Shown in pieces: positions 37,183 through 46,374 of a stretch of 50,900 bases of DNA. Within the stretch, counting starts at the first letter, position 1, and every line of letters begins with the position of its first letter. Under the pieces are notes generated by a model that searched no databases, was not told where the DNA came from, and worked only from the letters and a program-made list of their open reading frames with translations. Source of the DNA: Bdellovibrionales bacterium (lineage in GTDB: Bacteria > Bdellovibrionota > Bdellovibrionia > Bdellovibrionales > JAGQZY01); NCBI GenBank assembly GCA_031426555.1, contig JANPLN010000001.1, positions 1-50,900 on the forward strand, read 5' to 3'. The translations under genes were made by a program, and so were the position numbers.

Positions 37183-37968
37183 ATGATTAAGTCATTGCAC
37201 ACAGCCGCCACGGGGATGCAAGCGCAACAGACCAACATGGACACCATTGCCAACAACATAGCAAACACCGGCACTACGGGTTTTAAAAAGACGCGAGCCG
37301 AGTTTGAAGATCTTCTCTATCAAAACATCAAAGAGCCAGGCACAGCCACCGGACTCAACGCGGTTTCGCCAACGGGCGTACAAGTGGGCTTGGGTGTAAA
37401 AACGGCTGCTACACAAAAAGACTTTTCATTGGGTTCATTGCAAATCACCAATCGCGATTTGGATGTGGCCATAAACGGCAAAGGATTTTTACAAATGCAA
37501 AAATCCGACGGCACCATCGCCTACACGCGAAATGGGGAGTTGCACAGATCCGCCGACGGACGCATCGTGGATTTTAACGGCAACGTCCTTCAGCCCGAGA
37601 TCGCCATTCCGGCAGACGCCAGCGATGTCACTATTAGTCCCGAAGGGGAAGTGTCAGTTTTAACAACCGGCTCTCAGGTGCCGCAGGTCATCGGGCAAAT
37701 TGAATTGGCGACATTTGTAAACCCAACGGGATTAAAAGCTGTGGGTGGGAATTTATTTTTAGCCACACCAGCCAGTGGTGATCCTGTGGTTGGTAATCCC
37801 AATCAAGGCCATTACGGGGCCCTCGGGCAACGCGAACTGGAAAGCAGTAACGTGAACATCGTAGAAGAAATGGTCAATATGATCACTACGCAGCGAGCTT
37901 ACGAAACAAATTCCAAGGTGATTCAAGCCAGTGACCAAATGTTACAGGCATTAACTCATTTAAGATAG
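37183..37968 (+). CDS. flgG: Flagellar basal-body rod protein FlgG
   Basis: SLHTAATGMQAQQ, AEFEDLLYQ, QVGLGV and LESSNVNIVEEMVNMI..QRAYE.NSK. Confidence 0.97.
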   Translation: MIKSLHTAATGMQAQQTNMDTIANNIANTGTTGFKKTRAEFEDLLYQNIKEPGTATGLNAVSPTGVQVGLGVKTAATQKDFSLGSLQITNRDLDVAINGKGFLQMQKSDGTIAYTRNGELHRSADGRIVDFNGNVLQPEIAIPADASDVTISPEGEVSVLTTGSQVPQVIGQIELATFVNPTGLKAVGGNLFLATPASGDPVVGNPNQGHYGALGQRELESSNVNIVEEMVNMITTQRAYETNSKVIQASDQMLQALTHLR

Positions 37969-37974
37969 GCGCTG

Positions 37975-38904
37975 ATGTTTTTCATTTTTTTGTTTCTTCT
38001 TAATTTAGCAACGGCATTAGAGAAACCCAGTGTTTTGGTTTCTCTCGATCCGCAGTTGCCCGAGCAGAGAGTCGTGTATCTTAGCGACGTGGCCGAGGTT
38101 TACGGCTTGCGAGATTCTACAAAGTCGGCCGTGGAAAAAATCGTTCTTAGCCTGACGCCCCTTGAATACAAAAAGATGTCCAAAATTGAGCTGATAAAAA
38201 CGGTGCGTCGAGAGCTTGGACCCTTCGAGCAAGAGTGCGACTGCGAAATTCAATTGGTCTTTTCGCGACAAGATAAAACGAAGAAACAAAAAGAATTTTC
38301 CCTGGAACGGGTGCAAAAAGAATTGCAGGCTCGCCTGCAGTCTTTGTGTGTGGGCTGCGTCTATCAGGTTTCAAATTTAAACCTCCTGCGCGGCCAAGTG
38401 CCAAAAACCTTTTCTCACTGGGAATTACAAGAAGACCTGCGCGACACCCGCGGTGCCGCCATGGTGCGAGTTTACTTTGACGATCAATTTTTAAACCCCC
38501 TGGTGCTGCAAGGTTGGGTGCGCGTGCAGCAACCGGTGATGGTATTAAAAAAAGCTATGGTCAAAGGGGTCGTGCCCACCTCGGCTGACTTCGAAGTCGT
38601 CACGCGCAATGTTACAAACGAACATCATCTTTTTGCAACCACCAACGATCTTGCAGGTAAAGAGCTCAAGCGCTCGCTCAACGAAGCACATGTGCTGACT
38701 CTCGAAGATCTCACGGACAAGCAAGTGGTTCGCATCGGTGAGCCCGTAGCTGTCGTAGTAAAAAAGGGTGTGATTCTGGTTGAAATGACTGGCATTGCGC
38801 AAAAGAGTGGAAAAATTGGTGATCGCATTCCAATTCGGGTCACAAAAACACAAAAACAAATTATTGCAGAAATAGTTGCTGAATCACGAGTGAGGTTTGA
38901 ATGA
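37975..38904 (+). CDS. flgA: P-ring assembly chaperone FlgA
   Basis: Position between flgG and flgH, signal peptide, C-terminal SAF/ChapFlgA pattern (V..GE.V, G.A...G.IGD.I). Confidence 0.85.
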   Translation: MFFIFLFLLNLATALEKPSVLVSLDPQLPEQRVVYLSDVAEVYGLRDSTKSAVEKIVLSLTPLEYKKMSKIELIKTVRRELGPFEQECDCEIQLVFSRQDKTKKQKEFSLERVQKELQARLQSLCVGCVYQVSNLNLLRGQVPKTFSHWELQEDLRDTRGAAMVRVYFDDQFLNPLVLQGWVRVQQPVMVLKKAMVKGVVPTSADFEVVTRNVTNEHHLFATTNDLAGKELKRSLNEAHVLTLEDLTDKQVVRIGEPVAVVVKKGVILVEMTGIAQKSGKIGDRIPIRVTKTQKQIIAEIVAESRVRFE

Positions 38905-39719
38905 AGTTTTGGCTAACGATGATATTGATGTCGGCGTTGTTGACGGGTTGCGCGTCTTTCATGGACTTTTTTCGTCGCCACGATGATTTGACCCCAGTGG
39001 CGTCGCAGCCTAAAAATCCCCTTCCCGAAAATCAACGGAAGACGCGACTTTCACTGGAAGAGGAGTCCATGCTTTATGAACAAAGCGGATCATTGTGGGT
39101 GTCGCGCGGTCAATCGTCGTTTCTTTTTGCTAATAACAATCAACGCTTGCTTGGAGACTTGCTCGAAATCAAGTTAGAGGGTTACCCCAAGGAGCAAATT
39201 CAAACCAAGGTCACTGTGATTGCAAAACTTCTCTCCGAAATTCTTAACGAACAAAAACAGGATATTAAATTAAAACAAGACGAAATAAAAAAACAAATGA
39301 CTCCCGAGTACCAAGAGCAAAAAGAGGCCGAAAAGGTAGACACCCGGGGACTGGCTTCGTGGGTTGGTCTTGATGGCGACGAGCCCGTGGAGGCGGTGGG
39401 ACCCACTCCTGAGCAGCTTTTGAAAGATCAAGAGCGCGCCCTCAAAAAAATCGATGACGAAGAGCAAGACATTAAAGGTCTTTCTAAAAATAAAGAATTT
39501 CCGATCCGCACCGTTTCTACACGAATTATGGAAATCCAAAAAGACGGAAATTATCGCGTTCGTGGCGAACAGCCATTTATGATTGGCAAGCGCGAGTATA
39601 AGTTGCTTGTCGCGGGCGTGGTGCGCGCCGAAGAATACAACGAAAAGGGCATGAGTGCCGAATCCCTCATCGACCCGGTATTTGATATTATCAGCGACAA
39701 AAAGAGTGAGGAATTATGA
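38901..39719 (+). CDS. flgH: Flagellar L-ring lipoprotein FlgH (divergent)
   Basis: Lipobox LTGC, GSLW, GDLL.I, ..GNYRVRGE and L.V.GVVR.E, plus synteny. Confidence 0.8.
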   Translation: MKFWLTMILMSALLTGCASFMDFFRRHDDLTPVASQPKNPLPENQRKTRLSLEEESMLYEQSGSLWVSRGQSSFLFANNNQRLLGDLLEIKLEGYPKEQIQTKVTVIAKLLSEILNEQKQDIKLKQDEIKKQMTPEYQEQKEAEKVDTRGLASWVGLDGDEPVEAVGPTPEQLLKDQERALKKIDDEEQDIKGLSKNKEFPIRTVSTRIMEIQKDGNYRVRGEQPFMIGKREYKLLVAGVVRAEEYNEKGMSAESLIDPVFDIISDKKSEEL

Positions 39720-40852
39720 TTTATATAATACGCATTTTTTTCCTAGTCCTTTTGTTTTCTTCAACAGCTCAAGCGATTCGCCTGAAAGACATCGCCAACG
39801 TGCGCGGCGTTCGCGACAACCAGCTCATCGGTTACGGTCTTGTGGTTGGTCTGAAGGGAACAGGTGACAGCAAGAGCGAATTCACTAACAAAAGTATGGT
39901 GCGCATGCTTGATAAGCTCGGCGTAAAAGTCGAAGACACCGACGTTGCCAAAAAAAACGTCGCCGCCGTTTTAATTACTGCCACCCTGCCACCTTTTGCT
40001 CGCGCCGGTAACAAAATGGATGTGACCATCAACTCCATCGGGGATGCCTCAAGCCTCGAAGGTGGAACCCTCGTTCAGTCGCCTTTGCGCGCATCCGATC
40101 AAAATGTCTATGCGGTCGCTCAGGGCGCAGTCTCCGTGGGGAGATCTTCCGGCAAAGCCGTGCACTCCACAGTGGGATTAATGTCGGGCGGAGCGATTAT
40201 CGAAAAAGACGTGCAGGCAGAAAATTTTACCAGTCGAAAAATGTATCGTCTGACGTTGCACAATCCAGATATCACTACGGCCGTGCGAGTGGCGCAAACC
40301 GTAAACATGGATCTGGGTGGAAAATACGCCACGGCGATCGATCCTGCTACGGTGGATATTGTGGTGCCCTTTTCCTACGAAGGCAAAGGCGTGGAGCTGT
40401 TAGCCACCATCGAGTCGCTAAATGTGGAGCCCGATCAAAAAGCGAAAGTGGTAGTGAACGAAAAAACGGGTACGGTGATTATCGGGGAGAACGTTCGAAT
40501 TAGTACGGTGGCCATTAGCCACGGTGATATCAATGTGAAGGTGGGAAAACCCGAGCCAGCTCCGGTGGTACCAGCCGTTGCAACGGATGCACCAGCCGCA
40601 CCTCCACCAGAGTTTACGCCCGCTTTGCCAACACCAGAAAGTCCCGCCAACATGCGTGCGCCGGCATCGACCGTCGCTGTTATGCCGGCCATTAATAAGA
40701 AAGATGCGGTGAAGCTTTTGCCGGAATCCGTGAGCGTTGGGGAGCTCGTCCAAAGTTTGAATCAAATGGGCGTCTCTCCAAAAGACCTGATTGTGATTTT
40801 GCAAAACATCAAAGCTTCTGGGGCTTTACAAGGAGAGCTGGAAATTTTATGA
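39716..40852 (+). CDS. flgI: Flagellar P-ring protein FlgI
   Basis: RLKDIA..GVRDNQLIGYGLVVGL.GTGD, NVAAV..TA.LPPF, VVVNEKTGT and ILQ.IK..GAL. Confidence 0.97.
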   Translation: MIYIIRIFFLVLLFSSTAQAIRLKDIANVRGVRDNQLIGYGLVVGLKGTGDSKSEFTNKSMVRMLDKLGVKVEDTDVAKKNVAAVLITATLPPFARAGNKMDVTINSIGDASSLEGGTLVQSPLRASDQNVYAVAQGAVSVGRSSGKAVHSTVGLMSGGAIIEKDVQAENFTSRKMYRLTLHNPDITTAVRVAQTVNMDLGGKYATAIDPATVDIVVPFSYEGKGVELLATIESLNVEPDQKAKVVVNEKTGTVIIGENVRISTVAISHGDINVKVGKPEPAPVVPAVATDAPAAPPPEFTPALPTPESPANMRAPASTVAVMPAINKKDAVKLLPESVSVGELVQSLNQMGVSPKDLIVILQNIKASGALQGELEIL

Positions 40853-40894
40853 AAAGTGTATCGAATTGATACAATTAGCTTTAGACTTGAATTT

Positions 40895-41064
40895 GGGGCT
40901 TAGGCCCTCGGGGGGGGAGAAGAGGAGTTAGAGGTAAACCAAGGATGGTTTCTCTTGAGCAGAAGAGTAGCTGGGACAGGTTATTGAACCAAGGATGGAT
41001 CGTAACTTTTTTATAAGGCTAAATGCGCATGGATGCGTGTCTGACTCTGACCCCCTGTTTTTTT
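40895..41064 (+). ncRNA. Candidate CsrA-binding structured RNA (CsrB/RsmZ-like sRNA, or multi-site flgJ leader)
   Basis: Non-coding spacer with hairpins AAACC-AAGGAT-GGTTT, CTG-GGA-CAG, GAACC-AAGGAT-GGATC and ATGCGC-ATGGAT-GCGTGT. Closed by GGAGTTAG/CTGACTCT and G8/C5 pairings, followed by T7. Confidence 0.6.
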
Positions 41065-41397
41065 ATGAATATTAAAAACATAAACAAACCACAACACACA
41101 CCACCAACTCTCGACCAGCAACTGCACAAAGCAGCGAAAATGTACGAGCAGCAGTTTCTTGAAGAGATGATGAACGCCATGAAAAAAACGGTGGACCACA
41201 GCAGCGTTACAAAACCCTCAATGGCCGAGAAAATATACAAAGACGAACTCTATACTCAGTATGCAGAAAAGTGGGTAGAGAGCGGCGGGAACGGCCTTGC
41301 TGACATGATTTACAAGGAATTGAAGGAAAAGATAATTCCAAGTCAGCACAGTCGATATGTGTCGAGTCCAGTTCCACCCAAAAAAGAAGAAAAATAG
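41065..41397 (+). CDS. flgJ: FlgJ rod-binding domain only (no muramidase domain)
   Basis: L..AA..YE..FL..M...M.KTV, AE.IY...L...YA and GLADMIY.EL. Start reassigned to ATG 41065. Confidence 0.88.
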   Translation: MNIKNINKPQHTPPTLDQQLHKAAKMYEQQFLEEMMNAMKKTVDHSSVTKPSMAEKIYKDELYTQYAEKWVESGGNGLADMIYKELKEKIIPSQHSRYVSSPVPPKKEEK

Positions 41398-41475
41398 ACT
41401 CTCGACCGGTCGGGTTAGTGGATCTTTTTTGTCTCACTATGATACAATAATAGAGATGTCATCAAGGAGGATGTG

Positions 41476-41787
41476 GTGAAAGTAAATAACAAATCCGCGC
41501 AAGGTTTAATGAACGATCGTAGTATCCAAGATTTTGCCAAGGATCCTTCGATCAGAAAAGGCAAGTCGCCCACCACTTCGGCCGCCGAAATGATGGACGC
41601 GACGAAGATTAATGTTTCTTCGCAAGCTCGGCAAATTAATAAAGCCAAAGAAATTGCCTCACAAGACACTGTCGACGAGGCGAAAATCGCCCGGTTGCAA
41701 AAAATGATTGAATCGGGCGACTACAAGGTGGACGCCGAAGCTGTGGCCGATAAACTTGTTAACGAACATTTACTTCTTCCCTCTTAG
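41476..41787 (+). CDS. flgM: Anti-sigma28 factor FlgM
   Basis: INVSSQA and KIARLQ.MI.SG.Y.VDA.AVADKL. AAGGAGG RBS. Confidence 0.93.
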   Translation: MKVNNKSAQGLMNDRSIQDFAKDPSIRKGKSPTTSAAEMMDATKINVSSQARQINKAKEIASQDTVDEAKIARLQKMIESGDYKVDAEAVADKLVNEHLLLPS

Positions 41788-41798
41788 GAGCTCGGTGA

Positions 41799-42308
41799 AT
41801 GAAAGAACAACTCTTTCTTGAACTTATAAAAAACCTTCACCAATTGGTGAGAGTGTACCGTTTGCTCTTTGAGACGGTTCGTACGGAAAAAGCAATTTTG
41901 CTGAGCGCAGATTTGCATTTGCTTCCAGGGCTCAATGAAAAAAAAGAGCTCTTGTTAAAAAAAATAAACGAACTCGAAGCCAAGTGGATGACTGTGGCTG
42001 GTGAGATGCAAACTCAATTTTCACTGCCAGCGCAAACGCCGCGCTTGTTAGATATTGCATCCGCCTACGACGGCGTAAAAAAAGCAAAACTGTTGCGCTT
42101 TCGAACGGTGCTTAATTTACTCATCGAAAGAACATCGAGAATAAATAAGCAAAACGATCAGCTAGCACGATCGGCGTTGTCACACATCACGGGAGCCATG
42201 CAGGCGTTTACCGAAACGCTGAATAAAAAATCGACCTATGAAAAAAAGGGTAAGCGCAGTGAAAAATCGAAGGAGACTTCGGGGCGCCTTGTAAGCAAAG
42301 AAGTGTAG
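41799..42308 (+). CDS. flgN: Flagellar export chaperone FlgN
   Basis: Synteny between flgM and flgK, helical body with E...L...D...L......K, N..N..L and TY...G. Confidence 0.85.
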   Translation: MKEQLFLELIKNLHQLVRVYRLLFETVRTEKAILLSADLHLLPGLNEKKELLLKKINELEAKWMTVAGEMQTQFSLPAQTPRLLDIASAYDGVKKAKLLRFRTVLNLLIERTSRINKQNDQLARSALSHITGAMQAFTETLNKKSTYEKKGKRSEKSKETSGRLVSKEV

Positions 42309-42360
42309 TCCAAGATTGTAAGTGCAATGGAGTCCAAGAGGGACTTCGCGGAAGGACAGG

Positions 42361-43791
42361 ATGTCGGCAAGAATCGGAACCTCCATGAATGTGGGGCAGA
42401 GAGCCATGATGAACAGTCAGGCGGCACTGCAAACGGTTTCGCATAACATTGCAAACAAAAATACCGAAGGCTACAGTCGGCAGCAAGTCGAAACCTTTAG
42501 TAACTTTCCCAATGGAGCCGGAAAAATGCGCATCGGTACGGGCGCCCGCGCCGTCACCGTTCAGCGTGTCAACAACCCGTATCTCGAAAAACAATTGGCT
42601 GGAGAAAAATCACAACTCGGTTTTTTAAACGGGCAGAACGTGGCGCTGATGCGCCTCGAGCAAGTTTACAACGAACAACAGGTGGATGGCTTGAATAGCT
42701 CCATCGGTAAATTCTTTAATTCTTTTCGCGAGCTTTCCACAAATCCAGAAAGTATGCCAAAACGAATTGCGGTGAAAGAAAGCGCGGATCTTTTAGTTCG
42801 CGATTTTAACCGCGTGGGTGAACAGCTTGCCGATATTCGCAAGGAAGCCAACGGACAGGCACAAGTTCAAGTGAACGAAATCAACTCAGTGACGCAAGAA
42901 ATCGCATCGCTCAATATGCAAGTGCAAAAAGTAGAAATCGGTGGGGGTTTTGCAAACGACGAACGCGATCGTCGAGATGCTTTGTTAAAAAACCTCGGTG
43001 AGCTGATTGATATTAAATGGGCCGAGGGCAAAGATTCCACAGTCACCATTAGCACGGCAGATGATGCCATTTTGGTTGTGGGCAACGAAGCGCGAAAGCT
43101 TGAAGCCGTGTCAACGCCTGGGCGTGAGAATAAAGCCGAAGGTGATTTTGATATTATGTACTACCACAACGAGTATGCAGAGCCGATGGTACTTACCGAT
43201 CGAATCAGAGGTGGAAAACTCGGTGGTTTGCTGTCGGTGCGCGATGGCGATGTGACCGAGTTTGGACGCAAGATCGATATGCTTTCGTTCGAGATCGCCA
43301 ACCGCGTGAACGATCTCCATCGACAAGGACACAACGCTTATAATCAACGAGGCGAAGATTTCTTTGCTCACGTCGGAAGTCAAGATGGAGCGTCGGGCAC
43401 AATTAAAATCAACCCGACCATATTGGGTGATGTGGGACGAATCGTTGCGGGAGCTGATCCCAACAGTCCGGGAGATAACAGAATTGCCAATATGATTAGT
43501 GATGTTCAGCACAGTAAATCTATGCTGGATGGTGCCACGTCCATCGATGAATACTACAATGGAATGGTTGCAGAGCTTGGCTTACGCACGCAAAACATCA
43601 ATGGAATGGTTGCAACGCAAGAGGGTGTCGTGAACCAACTTGAAAACCTTCGCGAAAGTTACAGTGGCGTCAACATCGACGAAGAGATTGCCAGCATGAT
43701 CGAATGGCAGAAACAGTTTGATGCCTCGGCTCGAATCATTAGAACCGCGGATGAGATGCTTGATACAGTCATCAATATTCGGAGATATTAA
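42361..43791 (+). CDS. flgK: Hook-associated protein 1 FlgK
   Basis: ALQTVSHNIAN.NTEGYSRQ, IGTG, ND.RDRRD, SGVNIDEE and ASARII..ADEM. Start at MSARIG. Confidence 0.96.
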   Translation: MSARIGTSMNVGQRAMMNSQAALQTVSHNIANKNTEGYSRQQVETFSNFPNGAGKMRIGTGARAVTVQRVNNPYLEKQLAGEKSQLGFLNGQNVALMRLEQVYNEQQVDGLNSSIGKFFNSFRELSTNPESMPKRIAVKESADLLVRDFNRVGEQLADIRKEANGQAQVQVNEINSVTQEIASLNMQVQKVEIGGGFANDERDRRDALLKNLGELIDIKWAEGKDSTVTISTADDAILVVGNEARKLEAVSTPGRENKAEGDFDIMYYHNEYAEPMVLTDRIRGGKLGGLLSVRDGDVTEFGRKIDMLSFEIANRVNDLHRQGHNAYNQRGEDFFAHVGSQDGASGTIKINPTILGDVGRIVAGADPNSPGDNRIANMISDVQHSKSMLDGATSIDEYYNGMVAELGLRTQNINGMVATQEGVVNQLENLRESYSGVNIDEEIASMIEWQKQFDASARIIRTADEMLDTVINIRRY

Positions 43792-44816
43792 TGCGCGTTG
43801 CTGATAAAATGAACTACAACCAGTCTTTGAATGCGATTAATAAGAATCGCAGCGAACTGATGACTTTTCAGCATCAGGCCGCCACGCAAAAACGCATCAA
43901 CAAACCGTCAGACGATCCACTCGGAGCCGTTCGAGTTCTCGAGAAGAAAACTGAGATGCAAGGGTTCGAACAGTACAAACGAAATATTCTTTCCGCGAAA
44001 GAATTTATCGAATACTCCGAGCAATCGCTCTCGCAAGCGAGCGAAATGCTCATTCGCGCCAAGGAACTTGCCATCGATCAAGCAGATGATGCGGCAAACG
44101 GTGCAGAGTCGCGCTCGATCGTCGCTGCTGAAGTAAAACAGATTTACGAACAAATGGTAAACATCGGAAATCGCAAGTTTGGCGATCGCTTTTTGTTTGG
44201 CGGTTACAAGAGCATGACGACACCATTTGATATGACGGGAACTTATTTTGGCGACGATTCCGAGGTGGATGTGCAAATCGAAAAAGATTCGTACATCACC
44301 ATGAATATTCCAGGCAGCGTGGTGTTTATGGGCAAGAAGTTGCACCAGCCGCTTCCGCCAAAAGAAACTATGCAAGACGACAAAACGCAAGTGGAAGTAC
44401 GCGGGCCAAGCTCCACGGATCCCTTATCGGCATCCTCGCAAACCATTGCCAACAGCTCCGAAGGTCATTGGGGGATGGTATCGACCAATGTTTTTGAGAC
44501 GCTACGAGATTTGGAAGTGGGTTTGCGTGCGAATGATAAACATGTTGTGCAAAACTCTTTGGATTATCTGGATAACGCCATTTCGCAAATCAATATGGCT
44601 CGAGGGGAGCTGGGTTCGCGTGTGACCAGTCTCAATTCGGGACTAGAAACATTACAAAAATTAAATGTGGACGCTAAAGTTGTGCAATCTGAAATTGAGG
44701 ACGTTGACATGTACGACCTCGTTAACAACTTAAGCAAGACACAAACGCAGCTCGAGGCGTCGTTGGCCACATCCGGAAAAATGATGAAGACAACACTCCT
44801 TGACTTTCTTAGGTAG
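43791..44816 (+). CDS. flgL: Hook-associated protein 3 FlgL
   Basis: MRV, KRINKPSDDP, RFLFGGYK...PF and C-terminal TLLDFLR. Confidence 0.96.
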   Translation: MRVADKMNYNQSLNAINKNRSELMTFQHQAATQKRINKPSDDPLGAVRVLEKKTEMQGFEQYKRNILSAKEFIEYSEQSLSQASEMLIRAKELAIDQADDAANGAESRSIVAAEVKQIYEQMVNIGNRKFGDRFLFGGYKSMTTPFDMTGTYFGDDSEVDVQIEKDSYITMNIPGSVVFMGKKLHQPLPPKETMQDDKTQVEVRGPSSTDPLSASSQTIANSSEGHWGMVSTNVFETLRDLEVGLRANDKHVVQNSLDYLDNAISQINMARGELGSRVTSLNSGLETLQKLNVDAKVVQSEIEDVDMYDLVNNLSKTQTQLEASLATSGKMMKTTLLDFLR

Positions 44817-44916
44817 TAATAATAGCTAAGACATTCGGTTTTTTATTATGTTTTACTGGGCAGAAGCGTAAATCATTACGCAAGCCGAGCTTTGACCAGG
44901 ATGTTGAAGGAGCTTT

Positions 44917-45156
44917 ATGTTAGTTCTCACTAGAAAAATTGGCGAAAGTATAGCCATCGACGATCACATCAAAATTCGCGTCGTTCAAATCAAGGGTAAA
45001 CAGGTACGACTCGGTATCGAGGCCCCAAAAGACACAAAAATCCATAGAGAAGAAGTTTATCTTTCTATCCAAGAACAGAATAAACAGTCGATTTCGACGT
45101 CCTCAGACAAAGCCAAAGACGTGGCTAAGATGCTGAAAGACCCCCAGCAGTCTTAA
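44917..45156 (+). CDS. csrA: Carbon storage regulator CsrA with C-terminal extension
   Basis: MLVLTRKIGESI.I, VRLGIEAPK...IHREE and an IQEQN.. extension of the FliW-binding type. Confidence 0.98.
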   Translation: MLVLTRKIGESIAIDDHIKIRVVQIKGKQVRLGIEAPKDTKIHREEVYLSIQEQNKQSISTSSDKAKDVAKMLKDPQQS

Positions 45157-45379
45157 AATCCCTGGATCCTTCGTTGTAATCGCTTTAAGACACTGTCCAT
45201 AGTAGTTCCTGGCGCGGCTCGTCGTAAATCTGTCAGGTTCTGTCATCGCCTAGAAAAAAGTCTTGAATTATTTTCATAGGAGCGACTAATATTTGATTAA
45301 CCGATCGGCGCTTTGTGTTGTCCGTATTGACGGGTCACAAAGTGAGTCATAGGGGCCCGATAGGTTTTTTGGAGGGGAA

Positions 45380-45901
45380 ATGCAGATCCAAACATCGCGT
45401 TTTGGGAATATAACCGTCACTACAGATGACGTTCTTACGTTTCCAGAGGGTTTGTTAGGTTTTTCTGATCTAGATCGTTTTGTTTTACTGGACGATCCCA
45501 GCGACGAAATTTTTGCCTGGCTACAAAGTTGTGATGAGCCGAGTATCGCATTTCCAGTTTTGGAACCAGAACTCTTCGCAGAAAACTTCGATCTCAGTTT
45601 AAGCAAAAGTGACATGAAAATATTAAACAGCGAAAACAAAACCGGTTTGCGCCCGTTCTGTATTATTACGATTCCCGAAGATCCAACAATGATGACGGCC
45701 AATCTCAAAGCGCCCATCGTTATTAACATTACCGATAAAACAGGTCGCCAGTGTGTGCTTCAAGATAACAAGCTTGAAATTCGCGAGCCCATTTTTACGC
45801 GCCTTCAACAGCGCGTGGTTCAGCACAACGCCAGCGCCATTAAGAGCAAAGCTCTTGAGTCAGGTGTGGCAGTAAAACTTCCCGCCGACAAAACGCTCTA
45901 A
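45380..45901 (+). CDS. fliW: Flagellar assembly factor FliW (CsrA antagonist)
   Basis: I.T.RFG, FPEGLLGF, WLQS and TANLKAPIVIN....G.Q.VL. Confidence 0.96.
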   Translation: MQIQTSRFGNITVTTDDVLTFPEGLLGFSDLDRFVLLDDPSDEIFAWLQSCDEPSIAFPVLEPELFAENFDLSLSKSDMKILNSENKTGLRPFCIITIPEDPTMMTANLKAPIVINITDKTGRQCVLQDNKLEIREPIFTRLQQRVVQHNASAIKSKALESGVAVKLPADKTL

Positions 45902-45906
45902 GAAGT

Positions 45907-46368
45907 TTACGGCTCTACAGATATTTTTGTGATGTTCATCAGAACCGCATTGCCTGCGAGTTCTAACGAGGACTCCGACCAGCGAATGGTGCCGGTGATT
46001 TGTACCTCTTTGATATCCGGCGAAAGCAGGGCAGGTGTGACCTGTTTTCGTTGTTCCTTATTGAGAACCATGGTCACTGTTTTCGATTCGCAGGCTAAGG
46101 TGTCTGCCGTGTCACTCCATTGTTCTAGGAGAACAGGGCGTGCTGGCTTTAGAAGTAGCTGCACACTTTCTTGCTCCTCAGTCATAAAACTTAAGTCTTC
46201 GATTAAAAACATTGGATTGAGTTTAACCGTTCCTTGCAGGGTCACCACAGATTCCAGAGCCAGGTACTCATTTTGTGAGTTCACAATGCAAGTGGAAGTT
46301 TGTGCGAAAGCCAAGGGGCCCGAGAAAGATAGAACTAGAAAAAGTAATTTTGTCATAAGCGGCTCCAT
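45907..46368 (-). CDS. Secreted hypothetical protein (weak DUF4431/OB-fold resemblance)
   Basis: Signal peptide ending LAFA. V.LQG.V...V.ITG.I...VLM.I..I pattern. Confidence 0.6.
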   Translation of the reverse strand: MEPLMTKLLFLVLSFSGPLAFAQTSTCIVNSQNEYLALESVVTLQGTVKLNPMFLIEDLSFMTEEQESVQLLLKPARPVLLEQWSDTADTLACESKTVTMVLNKEQRKQVTPALLSPDIKEVQITGTIRWSESSLELAGNAVLMNITKISVEP

Positions 46369-46374
46369 TTTAAC

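Noticed and set aside
40930..41005. Repeated AACCAAGGATGG as a mini CRISPR array
   Set aside because: Only two 12-nt copies and no cas genes. Better explained as CsrA-binding hairpins.
45337..45363. sigma28 promoter for fliW (CCCGATAG)
   Set aside because: The -10-like box is present, but no good TAAA -35 at 15-nt spacing. Too weak to call.
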